From the IMG/VR virus record IMGVR_UViG_3300011008_000006: a DNA stretch of 64,000 nucleotides, one strand, 5' to 3'. This stretch comes from a virus. Its lineage: Duplodnaviria > Heunggongvirae > Uroviricota > Caudoviricetes. The notes beneath the pieces were generated by a model. That model had not been told where the DNA came from and did no database searches. It worked only from the letters and a program-made list of their open reading frames with translations. The position numbers and the translations under genes are program-made. Positions 10,691 to 20,852 of this stretch are shown here, piece by piece. The first letter of the stretch is position 1. The number at the start of each line of letters is the position of its first letter.

Positions 10691-12565
10691 TTACTGGCAT
10701 TTTCCGCTTTGAAGAATAGAAAAATCTACATTTTCAAATAGAAAATTTCTGCGATCTTCTACTTCTTCTCCCATAAGCATCTTAAGAGAGTCCGCCGCGG
10801 CCTGAGCATCATAAATTGTAAGTATTTCTAAATGTCTTTTTTCTGGATGCATCATAGAATTTTCCATATCTTCTACTGTCATTTCACCCAACCCTTTGTT
10901 GTAGCCTTGCTGCCAATTAGGGTACTGTGCATGAATTTTTGCCGCCTCTTCTTCATCATAAGCAAACATTCGTTTATCTCCATTTATAAATCTATAAAGC
11001 GGAGCGCGTAGCCAACAAAGTCTGCCTTCTTCAATAAATTTAGGCATTAAAACATAAAACATAGTAGCAATCAAACACATAATAGCATAACCATCAACAT
11101 CGGCATCTGTCGCAATTGCTACTTTACCATAATTTAGTTTCTTGCTGTTATATCTATCTTGAATACCACAACCAAGTGCCATAATAATATCACTTACTTC
11201 TTGATTTTCAAGACATTCATCTAATGGGTGCTTCATCAAATTCTTAACTTTACCACGAACAGCATAAAGAGCTTCTGTCTTTACGTCACGAACTGGCATT
11301 AACCCACCAAGAGCACTATTACCTTCGCTAATAATTAGCATAGAATCAGGTCCATGTTTTTCACAATCTTTAAATTTATCAGAAGAAGTAATTTTCTTTT
11401 TCTTATATTCTACTTCTTTATGCTCTTGATTTAAAACAGCATTATATTCTCTTTCTGCTGCCTTAGCTGCTTTTTCTATCTTACGAAGCATATCAGCAAT
11501 TGTATTAAACTCTGCCGGATAACGCATATTCATTTCTTTCAATGCTGCAGTAAAAGCAGTTGAAGCGAGTTGCCGCAATGAAGCGTTATTAATTTTAGAT
11601 TTTGTTTGATTGGCAAAAGAAGGATTTTCTACCTTACAATTTATTACATAAAATAAATTTTTACGGATATATTCGCCCTCAAAGTTCTCATCTGCTAAAT
11701 TATTAAAAGTTTTTGTAATAGCAGTTTTCGCACCTGTAACAGGGGTCCCTAATTCAGGACAACGTAAACCATTTACAAATACATATGAAGTTTCATTCTT
11801 TGCTCCCCACTGGAAAGCAATTTCTACACTATCTGTACCATCTGTGGCAGAACCTGTCATAATATGTTTTTGTAATGGATTAGTTATCATATCAGAAACG
11901 AAATCAACAATACCATTTTTAGCACAATAGACTTTTTCTTCTGCACCATTAGAAACAATAAATTCAATTCCTGGATAAAGATAAGAAATATCTTTTATAT
12001 CACTACAAATACGTTTATAAGAGTAGCCAATTGCGCCATTACAAAAAACTTCTGGGTCGGGAATAAACCAAACCCAAGTACCATTTTTTTCTTTAGTAGT
12101 AATTTCTTTATATCCTACTAACTCACCTTTTGTAAAATCAGCAATAGCTTTCTTGCCATCACGAATACTATGAACCTCAAAACTTAAAGAAGAAAGGCAA
12201 ACACAACTACCACCAATGCCGTTTAATCCCGATGCGTTTTTATACACTTCATGATTAAATTTACCGCCGGTATGAGACTGAGTATATATAGAAACTAATA
12301 CATTTTCACCATCTTCTCGTATACCAAAAGGGACGCCGCGGCCATAGTCACGAACACTTACACTATTCTCTTCTTCGTTTACAGTAATTTCAATTTTTTT
12401 ACCATAACCGGCCAATGCTTCGTCTGTACTATTATTAATAATTTCTTTTAGGGCTTGATATGTACCTTCAATATCATCGCTACCTAAATACATTTGAATA
12501 CGACGACGCACACCTTCTTTAAAACTAAGGCTTTCAATTGAATTTATATCATATGTATTACTCAT
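10691..12565 (-). CDS. DNA topoisomerase II subunit B (GyrB/ParE-like, T4 gp39-like)
   Basis: GHKL ATPase TDEALAGY, TOPRIM EGNSALGG and AVRGKVKN; 624 aa. Confidence 0.85.
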   Translation of the reverse strand: MSNTYDINSIESLSFKEGVRRRIQMYLGSDDIEGTYQALKEIINNSTDEALAGYGKKIEITVNEEENSVSVRDYGRGVPFGIREDGENVLVSIYTQSHTGGKFNHEVYKNASGLNGIGGSCVCLSSLSFEVHSIRDGKKAIADFTKGELVGYKEITTKEKNGTWVWFIPDPEVFCNGAIGYSYKRICSDIKDISYLYPGIEFIVSNGAEEKVYCAKNGIVDFVSDMITNPLQKHIMTGSATDGTDSVEIAFQWGAKNETSYVFVNGLRCPELGTPVTGAKTAITKTFNNLADENFEGEYIRKNLFYVINCKVENPSFANQTKSKINNASLRQLASTAFTAALKEMNMRYPAEFNTIADMLRKIEKAAKAAEREYNAVLNQEHKEVEYKKKKITSSDKFKDCEKHGPDSMLIISEGNSALGGLMPVRDVKTEALYAVRGKVKNLMKHPLDECLENQEVSDIIMALGCGIQDRYNSKKLNYGKVAIATDADVDGYAIMCLIATMFYVLMPKFIEEGRLCWLRAPLYRFINGDKRMFAYDEEEAAKIHAQYPNWQQGYNKGLGEMTVEDMENSMMHPEKRHLEILTIYDAQAAADSLKMLMGEEVEDRRNFLFENVDFSILQSGKCQ

Positions 12566-12597
12566 ATATATATAAAACTCCTTTCCTCTTTTCTTTT

Positions 12598-12626
12598 ATT
12601 ATAACATAAATTAAAGAAAAAGTCAA
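12598..12626 (-). promoter_or_regulatory. consensus promoter for topo II subunit B gene
   Basis: attata 12598-12603; agtcaa 12621-12626. The -35 lies in a 9 bp palindrome agtcaacta / tagttgact that overlaps the MTase stop. Confidence 0.6.
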
Positions 12627-12635
12627 CTATTTGAT

Positions 12636-13183
12636 TAGTTGACTTGTAATTCTTCAAAAATTAAATCTTTTGGCAAAAATTTTCTACATAAATAAAAACT
12701 TCCAAAACTAACTCCTTTTTGAATTTGTTTCTTTGCAATATCAGTATAATAATTAATTCTTTTATCAAAAATTAATGCTTGGCAATCTTGCATATAAGGA
12801 AAACGTTTTTGTCCCTATAATGATGGAATTGGTAATAATAAAGCATATGGTTTATTTAATTCATATAATCTTTTAATTATGTCATCTTTAAGAGAAAAAG
12901 GTGGATTTGATATAATTAAATCATAATGTTGTGAAGGTTCATATTCAAAAAAATTATGATTTTCTGTATCATCTATATGTGTTGCTATTACATTATATCC
13001 TTCTTTTTTAAAGATTTTAACATATTCACTATCTTGTGTATCAAATGGACACCAGATTGTACAATTATCATCAAAATAAATTGTTATATATTTTAATAGC
13101 GGCTAAACAGCATAAGCAGGCGTGTAGACTTCATCAGATGCTTTATCTGTTTTTGCTGTTAAATATCCTTTATTTAGTGGCAT
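12636..13183 (-). CDS. N6-adenine DNA methyltransferase (NPPF motif); 2 in-frame TAGs
   Basis: Not in the ORF track. ATG at 13181-13183 behind RBS AGGAGG. DLIISNPPFS catalytic motif. TAGs lie inside the reading frame; stop TAA at 12636-12638. Confidence 0.6.
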
Positions 13184-13642
13184 TTATTCTCCTCCTAAAA
13201 TTTCATAATCACATCCAGGAACTTCTTTAATATATTCTAATGAATCTTTATATTTATCATCTTTAAACCATTTATCAAGAGTATAAATATATTTTACATT
13301 TTCTGATGGAATACCAATTATTTTACACACTTTTCGAATTTGTCTAATTTTATATGCACAAGTTTGAAGTTTTTCATCAGCAGAGCCACCGCCATTTTGA
13401 GATTTTTTTTCATAAGCAGTAAAAGTTTTATTTTTTAAATCAAGATAACATTCATCTGGTATAATTCTTTTACTAATAAATTGCGTATATTGACTATATG
13501 GAATCCCAAGTTTCTTACAAGCTAGATGATAAATTTCATGTCCAGATACTAGTGTTCCCTTTGGATGTAGATGTGTATGAAACGTTATTGGGTTATTTTG
13601 AAATTTTAAACCAGTAGTAGTATTTCTAGAAGCATATGTCAT
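13184..13642 (-). CDS. hypothetical protein
   Basis: 152 aa ORF; no confident domain call. Confidence 0.35.
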   Translation of the reverse strand: MTYASRNTTTGLKFQNNPITFHTHLHPKGTLVSGHEIYHLACKKLGIPYSQYTQFISKRIIPDECYLDLKNKTFTAYEKKSQNGGGSADEKLQTCAYKIRQIRKVCKIIGIPSENVKYIYTLDKWFKDDKYKDSLEYIKEVPGCDYEILGGE

Positions 13643-13716
13643 TTTAATTTTATCCTTTCTTTCTTCATAATTAATTATAATATAAATTTTATTATAAGTT
13701 AATTATTTAAGTTGAC

Positions 13717-14490
13717 TTATAAATTTAAATAAAAATATTCTATATTATCTGATTTATTATCATTTAATTTATGTATGCCATAATATTTATTTAAATTAAT
13801 TCGATAATAACAGTTACATTTATAACCCACAATATTTCTAATATAGTGAAAAGAATGATACGACGCATTAGAATTATATTGACAATATTCTAAAATTATT
13901 TTTCTTAATAATAAATCTTTGTCTTTATCTATTTTTTTATTTTTACTTAAATCAACTACTAAATATATTATATTTTCAGATTTACATTCTTTTTCTATAA
14001 AAGGCATTACTTTTAATAAATAAAATTCTTGTTCATTATACGAGCGCGCAAACCAGTATTTAATTTCTGTATAATTAATATTATATAATTTAATTAATTT
14101 TTGTATTGTTTCTTGGAAGCTAGGAGTTTCTATCATTTTTATAAGTCTAGTACAATCTTCTTGAGAAAAATCAAAATTAATATAATAAATAATATCAGAA
14201 TTAATTATAATTTCATATTTAGAATTATTTCCAGATGTTTTATTTAACCCATTATGATAACTATCATAATAATTAATCCAGTATTTTTCGCGCGCATTAA
14301 GTAAATTTGGTGTACATGTTTCTAAAATATTAAATGAAAAATTTTCTGGACTATTATGAAAATTTTGATGCCAATCATCTAATTGACATTCTTGATGTTC
14401 TTTTAATCTACGAAATATATCAATTGATTGCCCTATATAGCATTTTCCACTAGATTTTTCTTCTATTTTATAAATTCCACAAATTGACAT
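13717..14490 (-). CDS. GIY-YIG homing endonuclease
   Basis: N-terminus GIYKIEEKSSGKCYIGQSIDIFRRLKEH; the rest is Asn/Tyr-rich. Confidence 0.7.
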   Translation of the reverse strand: MSICGIYKIEEKSSGKCYIGQSIDIFRRLKEHQECQLDDWHQNFHNSPENFSFNILETCTPNLLNAREKYWINYYDSYHNGLNKTSGNNSKYEIIINSDIIYYINFDFSQEDCTRLIKMIETPSFQETIQKLIKLYNINYTEIKYWFARSYNEQEFYLLKVMPFIEKECKSENIIYLVVDLSKNKKIDKDKDLLLRKIILEYCQYNSNASYHSFHYIRNIVGYKCNCYYRINLNKYYGIHKLNDNKSDNIEYFYLNL

Positions 14491-14823
14491 TATTTTCCCT
14501 CTTTAATAATTATATCGCAAATCTTTTCTCCATTTTCAATTCTTAAATCAAATTTAATCATGCTTCTAAAATATTCTTCTTGTTCTTGTGTCAAATTACA
14601 TTTTGTAATTGTTTCATCAATTATTTGACGTATTTTTTTGAACTATTCTCCATATCTTTTTCTTATATATTGAATTGCTTGTTCAATTATTATATTATCA
14701 GAATGAAGAAGAATATATTCGTTCTACATATATGATTGAAATTCTTTTTCTGCAATTGTTTTTAACATTTCTGGTGTTAAAATAGAACTAATTTGTTCGT
14801 GTATTAAATCTATTAATGACATT
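14490..14823 (-). CDS. hypothetical protein (2 in-frame TAGs)
   Basis: ATG 14821-14823 behind RBS AGGTGAG. Reads through two TAGs to a TAA that overlaps the downstream ATG (ATAATG). Confidence 0.3.
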
Positions 14824-14838
14824 TTCTCACCTCTACAT

Positions 14839-15051
14839 TTATTCTTCTTTATATAATTCACCATATTTAGTAGCATAAGTAAATTCGCGGCCGCAATTAC
14901 AACATTGGCAATAATAAGTTGTAATATTACCATCTGGATTTATATTTATGCCATCTTTGTAAACAGGTGGAAAGTACATAGCGGTTGTAGTGCAATATTT
15001 TGGCATGTAATATGATTCACCGCATTGAGGACATTTAATATTTGTATTCAT
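14839..15051 (-). CDS. zinc-ribbon protein
   Basis: CPQCG...CQCCNCG pattern; RBS AGGAG. Confidence 0.4.
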   Translation of the reverse strand: MNTNIKCPQCGESYYMPKYCTTTAMYFPPVYKDGININPDGNITTYYCQCCNCGREFTYATKYGELYKEE

Positions 15052-15307
15052 ATTTATCTCCTATCTTTATATTATTAATATTAGTAAAATTTTTATAAAA
15101 ATTTTTAATATACTTACATACTTCTTCATCAAGTGCTTCTATAATTAATTGATTAAGAATTAATTTTGAGGGTAATGTTCTATCTTTTAGATTAGTTTTT
15201 CCACGCAATACTGGTAAACCAGCAATACGTCTTTTATTATTAGACCAGTGTAATGGATTTTGCTTCCATTGAATTAAATATTCTATAATTTTATTTACTT
15301 TATCCAT
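15035..15307 (-). CDS. hypothetical protein
   Basis: 90 aa ORF. Confidence 0.3.
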   Translation of the reverse strand: MDKVNKIIEYLIQWKQNPLHWSNNKRRIAGLPVLRGKTNLKDRTLPSKLILNQLIIEALDEEVCKYIKNFYKNFTNINNIKIGDKYEYKY

Positions 15308-15509
15308 TACTTTTCCCTTTCTTATTCTTCTTTCCTTTTATTTTCGTTTTCTTTTTTGTTACTTTAATAGTATAGGGGCCCATAATCTCATATAAATTTC
15401 TTAATGATTTTTTAAACTATTCTGTATCATATTCTACTTTTTCTTTATTAATCCCAAAAGGAATTTTATCATTATTATCTTTATAATAATAATCAGAAGG
15501 GTCAAACAT
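15300..15509 (-). CDS. hypothetical Lys-rich protein (1 in-frame TAG)
   Basis: ATG about 15507-15509 behind RBS GGAGGAA; reads through a TAG near 15417-15419. Confidence 0.25.
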
Positions 15510-15511
15510 TT

Positions 15512-15784
15512 TTATTCCTCCGTAGCAGAAAAGCCAATTACTTTATTTTCAAAGATATAATTAATAAATTTATCTAAATTATGAATAACAATTTTATTAG
15601 GAATTTCTAACATATGTGTTAAATCATCCCAAGCAATAATATCAACATCAGGATAACCATATCCTTCTGCTTTTACTTTAAAAGCAAAAGGATTTTCAGT
15701 AACAATTGTTGCATTATTTTCCGCGGCGAAGGTAATCAATTCTCGCGCCTTTCCGCTATCACGTCCACGAATAATTTGTTTCAT
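15512..15784 (-). CDS. hypothetical protein
   Basis: 90 aa ORF. Confidence 0.35.
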   Translation of the reverse strand: MKQIIRGRDSGKARELITFAAENNATIVTENPFAFKVKAEGYGYPDVDIIAWDDLTHMLEIPNKIVIHNLDKFINYIFENKVIGFSATEE

Positions 15785-15785
15785 A

Positions 15786-16325
15786 TTATTCCTCCATATA
15801 CTCTTTTAGAGTAATTACTTTAAATTGACAAGATTTAAAAACTTGTAGTGCGGCCGCGTGGTCTTCTTCACTCAGGCCAGCAGAAGCATCGCTAATGATT
15901 GTCATAGGAATTTCAGGAACAATTGCTTTAATATATTGAGCATTCGCCATTACACAAATACTGCTTACAAAGCCGCATAATACAATTTCATTATAATCTT
16001 CTAAATTAAGATTATTCCAATAATTATAGCCAAAAGTATTTTTTTCAATGACTGCGCATGGTCTTTCTACTACAAGACCTGGATAAATACGCCAACCTTC
16101 TGTATCAGCAACACAATGAATAATAGGAAGGTTTTTTCCTTCTTGAGTTTTTAGATAATTATTATCATGTGTATCCATTGTATAAATAATATCTTCATTA
16201 TTATTATTCATATAGTGAATAAGTTCTTTTAGAGTAGGAATTGCGGCTAAAGCTAATGGATTTGCTAAAGAACCAGTAATAAAATCATTTTGTGCGTCTA
16301 CTACAATTAAACATTTCTTATTCAT
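15786..16325 (-). CDS. isochorismatase-family hydrolase (nicotinamidase PncA-like)
   Basis: CLIVVDAQNDF and catalytic Cys in LCGFVSSICV. Confidence 0.7.
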   Translation of the reverse strand: MNKKCLIVVDAQNDFITGSLANPLALAAIPTLKELIHYMNNNNEDIIYTMDTHDNNYLKTQEGKNLPIIHCVADTEGWRIYPGLVVERPCAVIEKNTFGYNYWNNLNLEDYNEIVLCGFVSSICVMANAQYIKAIVPEIPMTIISDASAGLSEEDHAAALQVFKSCQFKVITLKEYMEE

Positions 16326-16345
16326 TATTTTTCTCCTTTTCTTTT

Positions 16346-16374
16346 ATTATATCTTAATTTTAATTATTTGTCAA
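16346..16374 (-). promoter_or_regulatory. consensus promoter for the isochorismatase-family gene
   Basis: attata 16346-16351; tgtcaa 16369-16374. Confidence 0.6.
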
Positions 16375-16804
16375 ATATTTTTTTTATAATTTCAGGATAT
16401 ACTTCATATGCACTAACATAATATTTATTGATTTGATAATCTGCATAAGAAACAGTTCTTTTTTGATAATAAATTTTTACTTCACTTTTATCATTAATAG
16501 TAAGCCATATATATTTTATATTATCATAACGAGGATCAAGTCTATATTCCTGTTTTGGAGCAATAATATATAAATCTTTGTTTGCTTGTTCACTTGAAAA
16601 TTCTACATAAGCTCCATAATCTCCTATAACAATACGATCGAAGCTAGAACAAATTAATGAACCTGTTGATGTATATAACGGCTATTGATTTTGTAAAAAA
16701 TTAGGAATTAAAGTTTCATAAAGTGTTCGTGAGATTGTAGACTTTTCTATTGATAATTTTTTATACTTGTATTTTTCTGTTAATATATCTTCTAATTTTT
16801 TCAT
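16371..16804 (-). CDS. hypothetical protein (1 in-frame TAG)
   Basis: Not in the ORF track. ATG 16802-16804 behind RBS GAGGAG; TAG near 16682-16684; stop TGA at 16371-16373. Confidence 0.3.
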
Positions 16805-16829
16805 ATTAAATCTCCTCGCGGCTATGCCG

Positions 16830-17028
16830 CCATACTTTTTATTTTTTATTTTTATTTATATATTTATATTATATATTTATATTATATTTATATTACTCAC
16901 ACGATTTTCGTGGATAATGCCACGATTTTCGTGGGAACCTCACACGATTTTCGTGTAAGGTATGCCACGATTTTCGTGGATGAATGCCACGATTTTTGGT
17001 CCAATCAATGCCACGAAAAAAGTGGCAT
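16830..17028. repeat. iteron array plus AT-rich tract (candidate replication origin) next to the Rep-like gene
   Basis: AT-only tract TTTTATTTTTATTTATATATTTATATTATATATTTATATTATATTTATATTA at 16836-16890. Then five or six copies of palindromic CCACGATTTTCGTGG-like repeats at 16901-16913, 16920-16935, 16941-16956, 16964-16979, 16986-17000 and 17008-17028, spaced about 22-30 bp apart. Confidence 0.55.
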
Positions 17029-17418
17029 TTAAGAGTCGTCTTCACTCCAATCTTCTTTATTTTTTAAATTTTCATAATCAATAGGAAGAACAGGTGTAAA
17101 TGTATAAATGTTTTCTTTATCTGGCACAGAAGAAATATATCCTTTTGCTTCAAGTTCTTTTCTTGCTGTTGTAGCACCGTTTTCACCTAATCCTATTTCT
17201 CTTTTAATTGCCGCGGGAGAGTAGAAAAATTCTTTCTTACCATACCAACGTAATAGATAACGCCATACTTTAAAAGCATTACCATTAAGATTTCTCATTG
17301 CTGCGGCTTCATATTTGAAATCAATAGGTTGAATAAATCTATTTCTAGTCTGTGTTTTATGAGTAATTTTTTCTAAATCTACAAGTTTAATTTTTAATTG
17401 ATTTGTATAATTTGCCAT
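17029..17418 (-). CDS. replication-initiator-like winged-helix protein (RepA/Rep_3-like)
   Basis: WRYLLRW...AAIKREIGLGENGATTARKELEAKGYI. It sits immediately adjacent to the iteron array. Start taken at MANYTNQ (RBS GAGGAGG). Confidence 0.5.
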   Translation of the reverse strand: MANYTNQLKIKLVDLEKITHKTQTRNRFIQPIDFKYEAAAMRNLNGNAFKVWRYLLRWYGKKEFFYSPAAIKREIGLGENGATTARKELEAKGYISSVPDKENIYTFTPVLPIDYENLKNKEDWSEDDS

Positions 17419-17431
17419 ATTAGATACCTCC

Positions 17432-17623
17432 TCACTTCTTCGTAATAGAAGAAAGGGCTTGGTGAAGTTCAGGAGTATCTTCAAATAAGTAAACTAAAAA
17501 CTGCGGAAAGTTTTTATTTATATCTGTTCCTATAAATTTAAAACCTTTTTTCCGCAGTTCATATGCTATTCTTTTCGTATATATTTTATAAATTTTAATT
17601 TCTTGTGTCATTAAATAATCCAA
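17432..17623 (-). CDS. hypothetical small protein
   Basis: 63 aa ORF. Confidence 0.3.
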   Translation of the reverse strand: MDYLMTQEIKIYKIYTKRIAYELRKKGFKFIGTDINKNFPQFLVYLFEDTPELHQALSSITKK

Positions 17624-17635
17624 CCTTTTTCTTTT

Positions 17636-17664
17636 ATCATATCATAAACTAAAATATAAGTCAA
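17636..17664 (-). promoter_or_regulatory. promoter (TTGACT-17-TATGAT) for gene 17432..17623
   Basis: atcata 17636-17641; agtcaa 17659-17664. Confidence 0.5.
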
Positions 17665-17668
17665 ATAA

Positions 17669-17690
17669 AAGGGAGGAGGTCCTCCCTTTT
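17669..17690 (-). terminator. rho-independent terminator after the adenine deaminase / permease operon
   Basis: GGGAGGA-GG-TCCTCCC hairpin. On the minus strand it is followed by TTTTATTT. Confidence 0.55.
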
Positions 17691-19458
17691 AAATAACTTG
17701 AGGAACAAATTGTAATGTTTCACCGCGAATTATACCTTTATCAGTAATAATAATACCAGGACGAACAGGTAATGCTAAAATAGCAATAGCTAATAGCATA
17801 GGGCTTAAATTATCAGAAGCATATTCAACCCATTTATCCATTTCTTTAATTTTTTCAGCAATTTTTTGTGCTGGAAGATTAGACATTAATCCGGCGACTG
17901 GTAGCGGTAATGAATATTTTACTTCACCATTTTCGACAAAACACATGCCGCCGCCAATGCGTTCAAGTTCTTTTGCGGCGATATAAGCATCTTTAGAATG
18001 TCTGTAAACAATTGTCATATTATGACTATCATGTGAAATAGTTGAAGCGATACAACCATACATTAAATGAAAATCGCTACAAACAACAGTTGTAATATCA
18101 CCTGAGCCATGTCTATTTACAATACTAAGAAATTGATATTTATTTAAATCTGGAATTACAACTTTCCCATTATAAGCAGGGAAATTCTCATATACTAATT
18201 CTTGATTTGGTACCATACTACTTCTGGCCGCGCTAAATACTAAATGCTTTTCTTCGCTAAATTTTGATGGGATAGTAAATACTTCAGGTGAAGTTATCTG
18301 TGGAATATTTACAGTATTGATATTTGGAATAGTTGTTGCTATTGCTGGTTCAGTTAATAATTTACCATTTTCAACAACCAATTCTCCAGCTACATATACT
18401 TGAAGAGGTTTCTTATCAAATTTTAGATTTGAAACTAATTGCATATCAGCAACATATCCAGGAGCAATTGCGCCGCAATCTTCAAAATGTAATTCACGTG
18501 CAGCATTAATTGTACCAAAACGAATTGTATCAATTGGATCTAAACCACCTTTAATACATTCATTTACAATATGATTAATATGCCCAGTTGTAAGTAAGTC
18601 TGCGGCATGGACATCATCTGTACATAATGATACTAAGTCATGAATAGGAACATTTTGTATACCTTTTAAAAATTCTTGCACTGTATCAGAAAGAGACGAG
18701 GATTTAATATTTACATGCATACCCATGCGAAGCTTTTCACTTAATTCTTCGGCTACGCGAACTTCATGATCACTCACGGGGCCGCCGCATAAATAAGCAC
18801 ATAAATCATTTCCTCTTACATAAGGCGCATGACCTTGAATAAAACCATTTACTTCTTTACCAGCATCAATAATATCGTGCATTCGTTTGTTATCATGGAT
18901 TACTCCAATATAATCCATTACTTCAGCAATACCAATTACTTCTTCTTCTTTTAAAAGTTCTTGTACTTCTTCTTTTAGGAATGAAGCACCAGCGCTTTCC
19001 ACAGAAGGTACAGCAGGAACACAACTTGGTGCGAGTGTAAAAATACGTAATGGAGAATGTCTTGCACTTTCTAACATATACTTTACACCTGGAACACCAG
19101 AAACATTAGCAATTTCATGTGGGTCAGTAACTGCTGTTGTAGTTCCCCAAACAACAGCGGCTTTACCAAAATTTTCTGGAACCATCATTGTACTTTCTAC
19201 ATGCATATGAACGTCAATAAAACCAGGTAATAGATAATAATTATGACCATCTACTTGCTTTTTAGCTGGTGGATTACATTTTTCACCATATGGTCTTACT
19301 CGAACAATTACACCATCTAAAATATCTACTCCGGCGCTATATATTTCACCAGTAAAAACATTAACTAAATAAACATTGTCAATGGAGAGGTCACAAGGGA
19401 CCTCTCCAATGGCAGCCTTAGTTAAGCGAGTTCTATTTTTATTCTTAATAATTTCCAT
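17689..19458 (-). CDS. adenine deaminase (amidohydrolase superfamily)
   Basis: GFIDVHMHVESTMM metal-binding motif; 589 aa; the fold is conserved throughout. Confidence 0.8.
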   Translation of the reverse strand: MEIIKNKNRTRLTKAAIGEVPCDLSIDNVYLVNVFTGEIYSAGVDILDGVIVRVRPYGEKCNPPAKKQVDGHNYYLLPGFIDVHMHVESTMMVPENFGKAAVVWGTTTAVTDPHEIANVSGVPGVKYMLESARHSPLRIFTLAPSCVPAVPSVESAGASFLKEEVQELLKEEEVIGIAEVMDYIGVIHDNKRMHDIIDAGKEVNGFIQGHAPYVRGNDLCAYLCGGPVSDHEVRVAEELSEKLRMGMHVNIKSSSLSDTVQEFLKGIQNVPIHDLVSLCTDDVHAADLLTTGHINHIVNECIKGGLDPIDTIRFGTINAARELHFEDCGAIAPGYVADMQLVSNLKFDKKPLQVYVAGELVVENGKLLTEPAIATTIPNINTVNIPQITSPEVFTIPSKFSEEKHLVFSAARSSMVPNQELVYENFPAYNGKVVIPDLNKYQFLSIVNRHGSGDITTVVCSDFHLMYGCIASTISHDSHNMTIVYRHSKDAYIAAKELERIGGGMCFVENGEVKYSLPLPVAGLMSNLPAQKIAEKIKEMDKWVEYASDNLSPMLLAIAILALPVRPGIIITDKGIIRGETLQFVPQVI

Positions 19459-19468
19459 AATTTACTCC

Positions 19469-20809
19469 TTAAGCAATAAACTGTAGGCAACATAGAATTG
19501 TAATTACAATTGTAAACCAGCCGGGTGATTTTTCACGACTATCAGTAAATAGATAACGAGCCCAGTGTGTTAGACAATAAGTCACTAGACCAAGTGCAAT
19601 AGCATTAGCTAATCCACCAAAAATTGATACAATTAGCATAACGCCAACTGGGAACCATTCTACACTCTTAAAATCTACATCTTTCAATGTTTGCATCATT
19701 GAAATACCGATAAGAATAAGAGCAGGGGCTGTCGCCGCGGTAGGAACCATTAAGAATAATGGCGCAAATAGCATTGACAAGAAGAAACAAATTGAGGTAG
19801 TAATTGCAGTTAAACCAGTGCGGCCACCTGCTTCTACACCAGAGGCAGATTCAACATACGTTGTAATTGTTGTTAAACCAGTTAAAGCGCCAGCAACTGT
19901 CGCGCAACTATCTACTAAGAAAATACGCCCAATAGCTGGAAGATTACCATTTTCATCTAACATTCCTGCTTTACCTGCTACGCCAAGAGCAGTACCTAAA
20001 GTAGAAAAGAAGTCAGACATAAAGAACATTAGCATAAAAGTAAATAATGCTGGTCTTAATGCTCCTAAAATATCAAGCTTAAATGCTACGTCTCCAATAT
20101 TAGAAAGAGCATTTGTAGTGATAATTGAAGAAGGAATACTTACTTGTCCCATACAAATTCCGATTATTGTAATTAAAATAATTGAAATAAGTAATGCGCC
20201 ACGAATATGATATGTTTTTCCTTTAATTCTAATTCGTAAGAAATATAGAATTAATGTAATTGCTAATCCAATCCAAGAAAGTAGTACTGATGGATCAGAA
20301 AAATTTAGATTAAGAGCAAAAGAAGAGCCGCTTACATTAATCATTCCTGCATTAGCAAGAGATAGACGAATTAAGAAAGCACCAACTGATGCACCAACAC
20401 CAATTTTTAAAACTTTAGGAATTACTTCTACTACTTTTTCACGCACTTTAAATACACTTAGGAGGACGAAGATTGTACCTGAAATAAATACAATACCTAA
20501 TCCTTGTTGCCAAGTACAAATACCTTGCGCTACTAGTGTGTAAGCTAAAATAGCGTTAGTGCCCATACCAGGAGCAAGTGCGAATGGCATTTTAGCATAC
20601 AATCCCATTGCTAGTGTTGAAAGACCTGACATTAGAGCGGTCATTAACATAACGCCTGTGCCATTCATTCCTGCCGCAACCATCATATTGGCTTGAACAA
20701 TTAGGATATATGCCATAGTTGCGAATGTAACTACACCAGCAAGTATTTCTGTTCCAATACTTGAACTGCGTTCTTTTACATGAAAATGGCGTTCAATAAA
20801 TTCACTCAT
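19469..20809 (-). CDS. purine (adenine/guanine/hypoxanthine) permease, AzgA/PbuG-like NCS2 family
   Basis: Multi-TM protein; N-terminal region SIGTEILAGVVTFATMAYILIVQANM is AzgA-like. Confidence 0.7.
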   Translation of the reverse strand: MSEFIERHFHVKERSSSIGTEILAGVVTFATMAYILIVQANMMVAAGMNGTGVMLMTALMSGLSTLAMGLYAKMPFALAPGMGTNAILAYTLVAQGICTWQQGLGIVFISGTIFVLLSVFKVREKVVEVIPKVLKIGVGASVGAFLIRLSLANAGMINVSGSSFALNLNFSDPSVLLSWIGLAITLILYFLRIRIKGKTYHIRGALLISIILITIIGICMGQVSIPSSIITTNALSNIGDVAFKLDILGALRPALFTFMLMFFMSDFFSTLGTALGVAGKAGMLDENGNLPAIGRIFLVDSCATVAGALTGLTTITTYVESASGVEAGGRTGLTAITTSICFFLSMLFAPLFLMVPTAATAPALILIGISMMQTLKDVDFKSVEWFPVGVMLIVSIFGGLANAIALGLVTYCLTHWARYLFTDSREKSPGWFTIVITILCCLQFIA

Positions 20810-20852
20810 ATAAATTTCCCCTTTTAAATATATTTAATCGCATTAAATGCGA

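Noticed and set aside
13660-13720. Promoter for gene 13184..13642 matching the TTGACT-17-TATAAT family.
   Set aside because: The AT-rich region contains a plus-strand TTGACT and several TATAAT-like words but no minus-strand copy with correct spacing. It is left unannotated.
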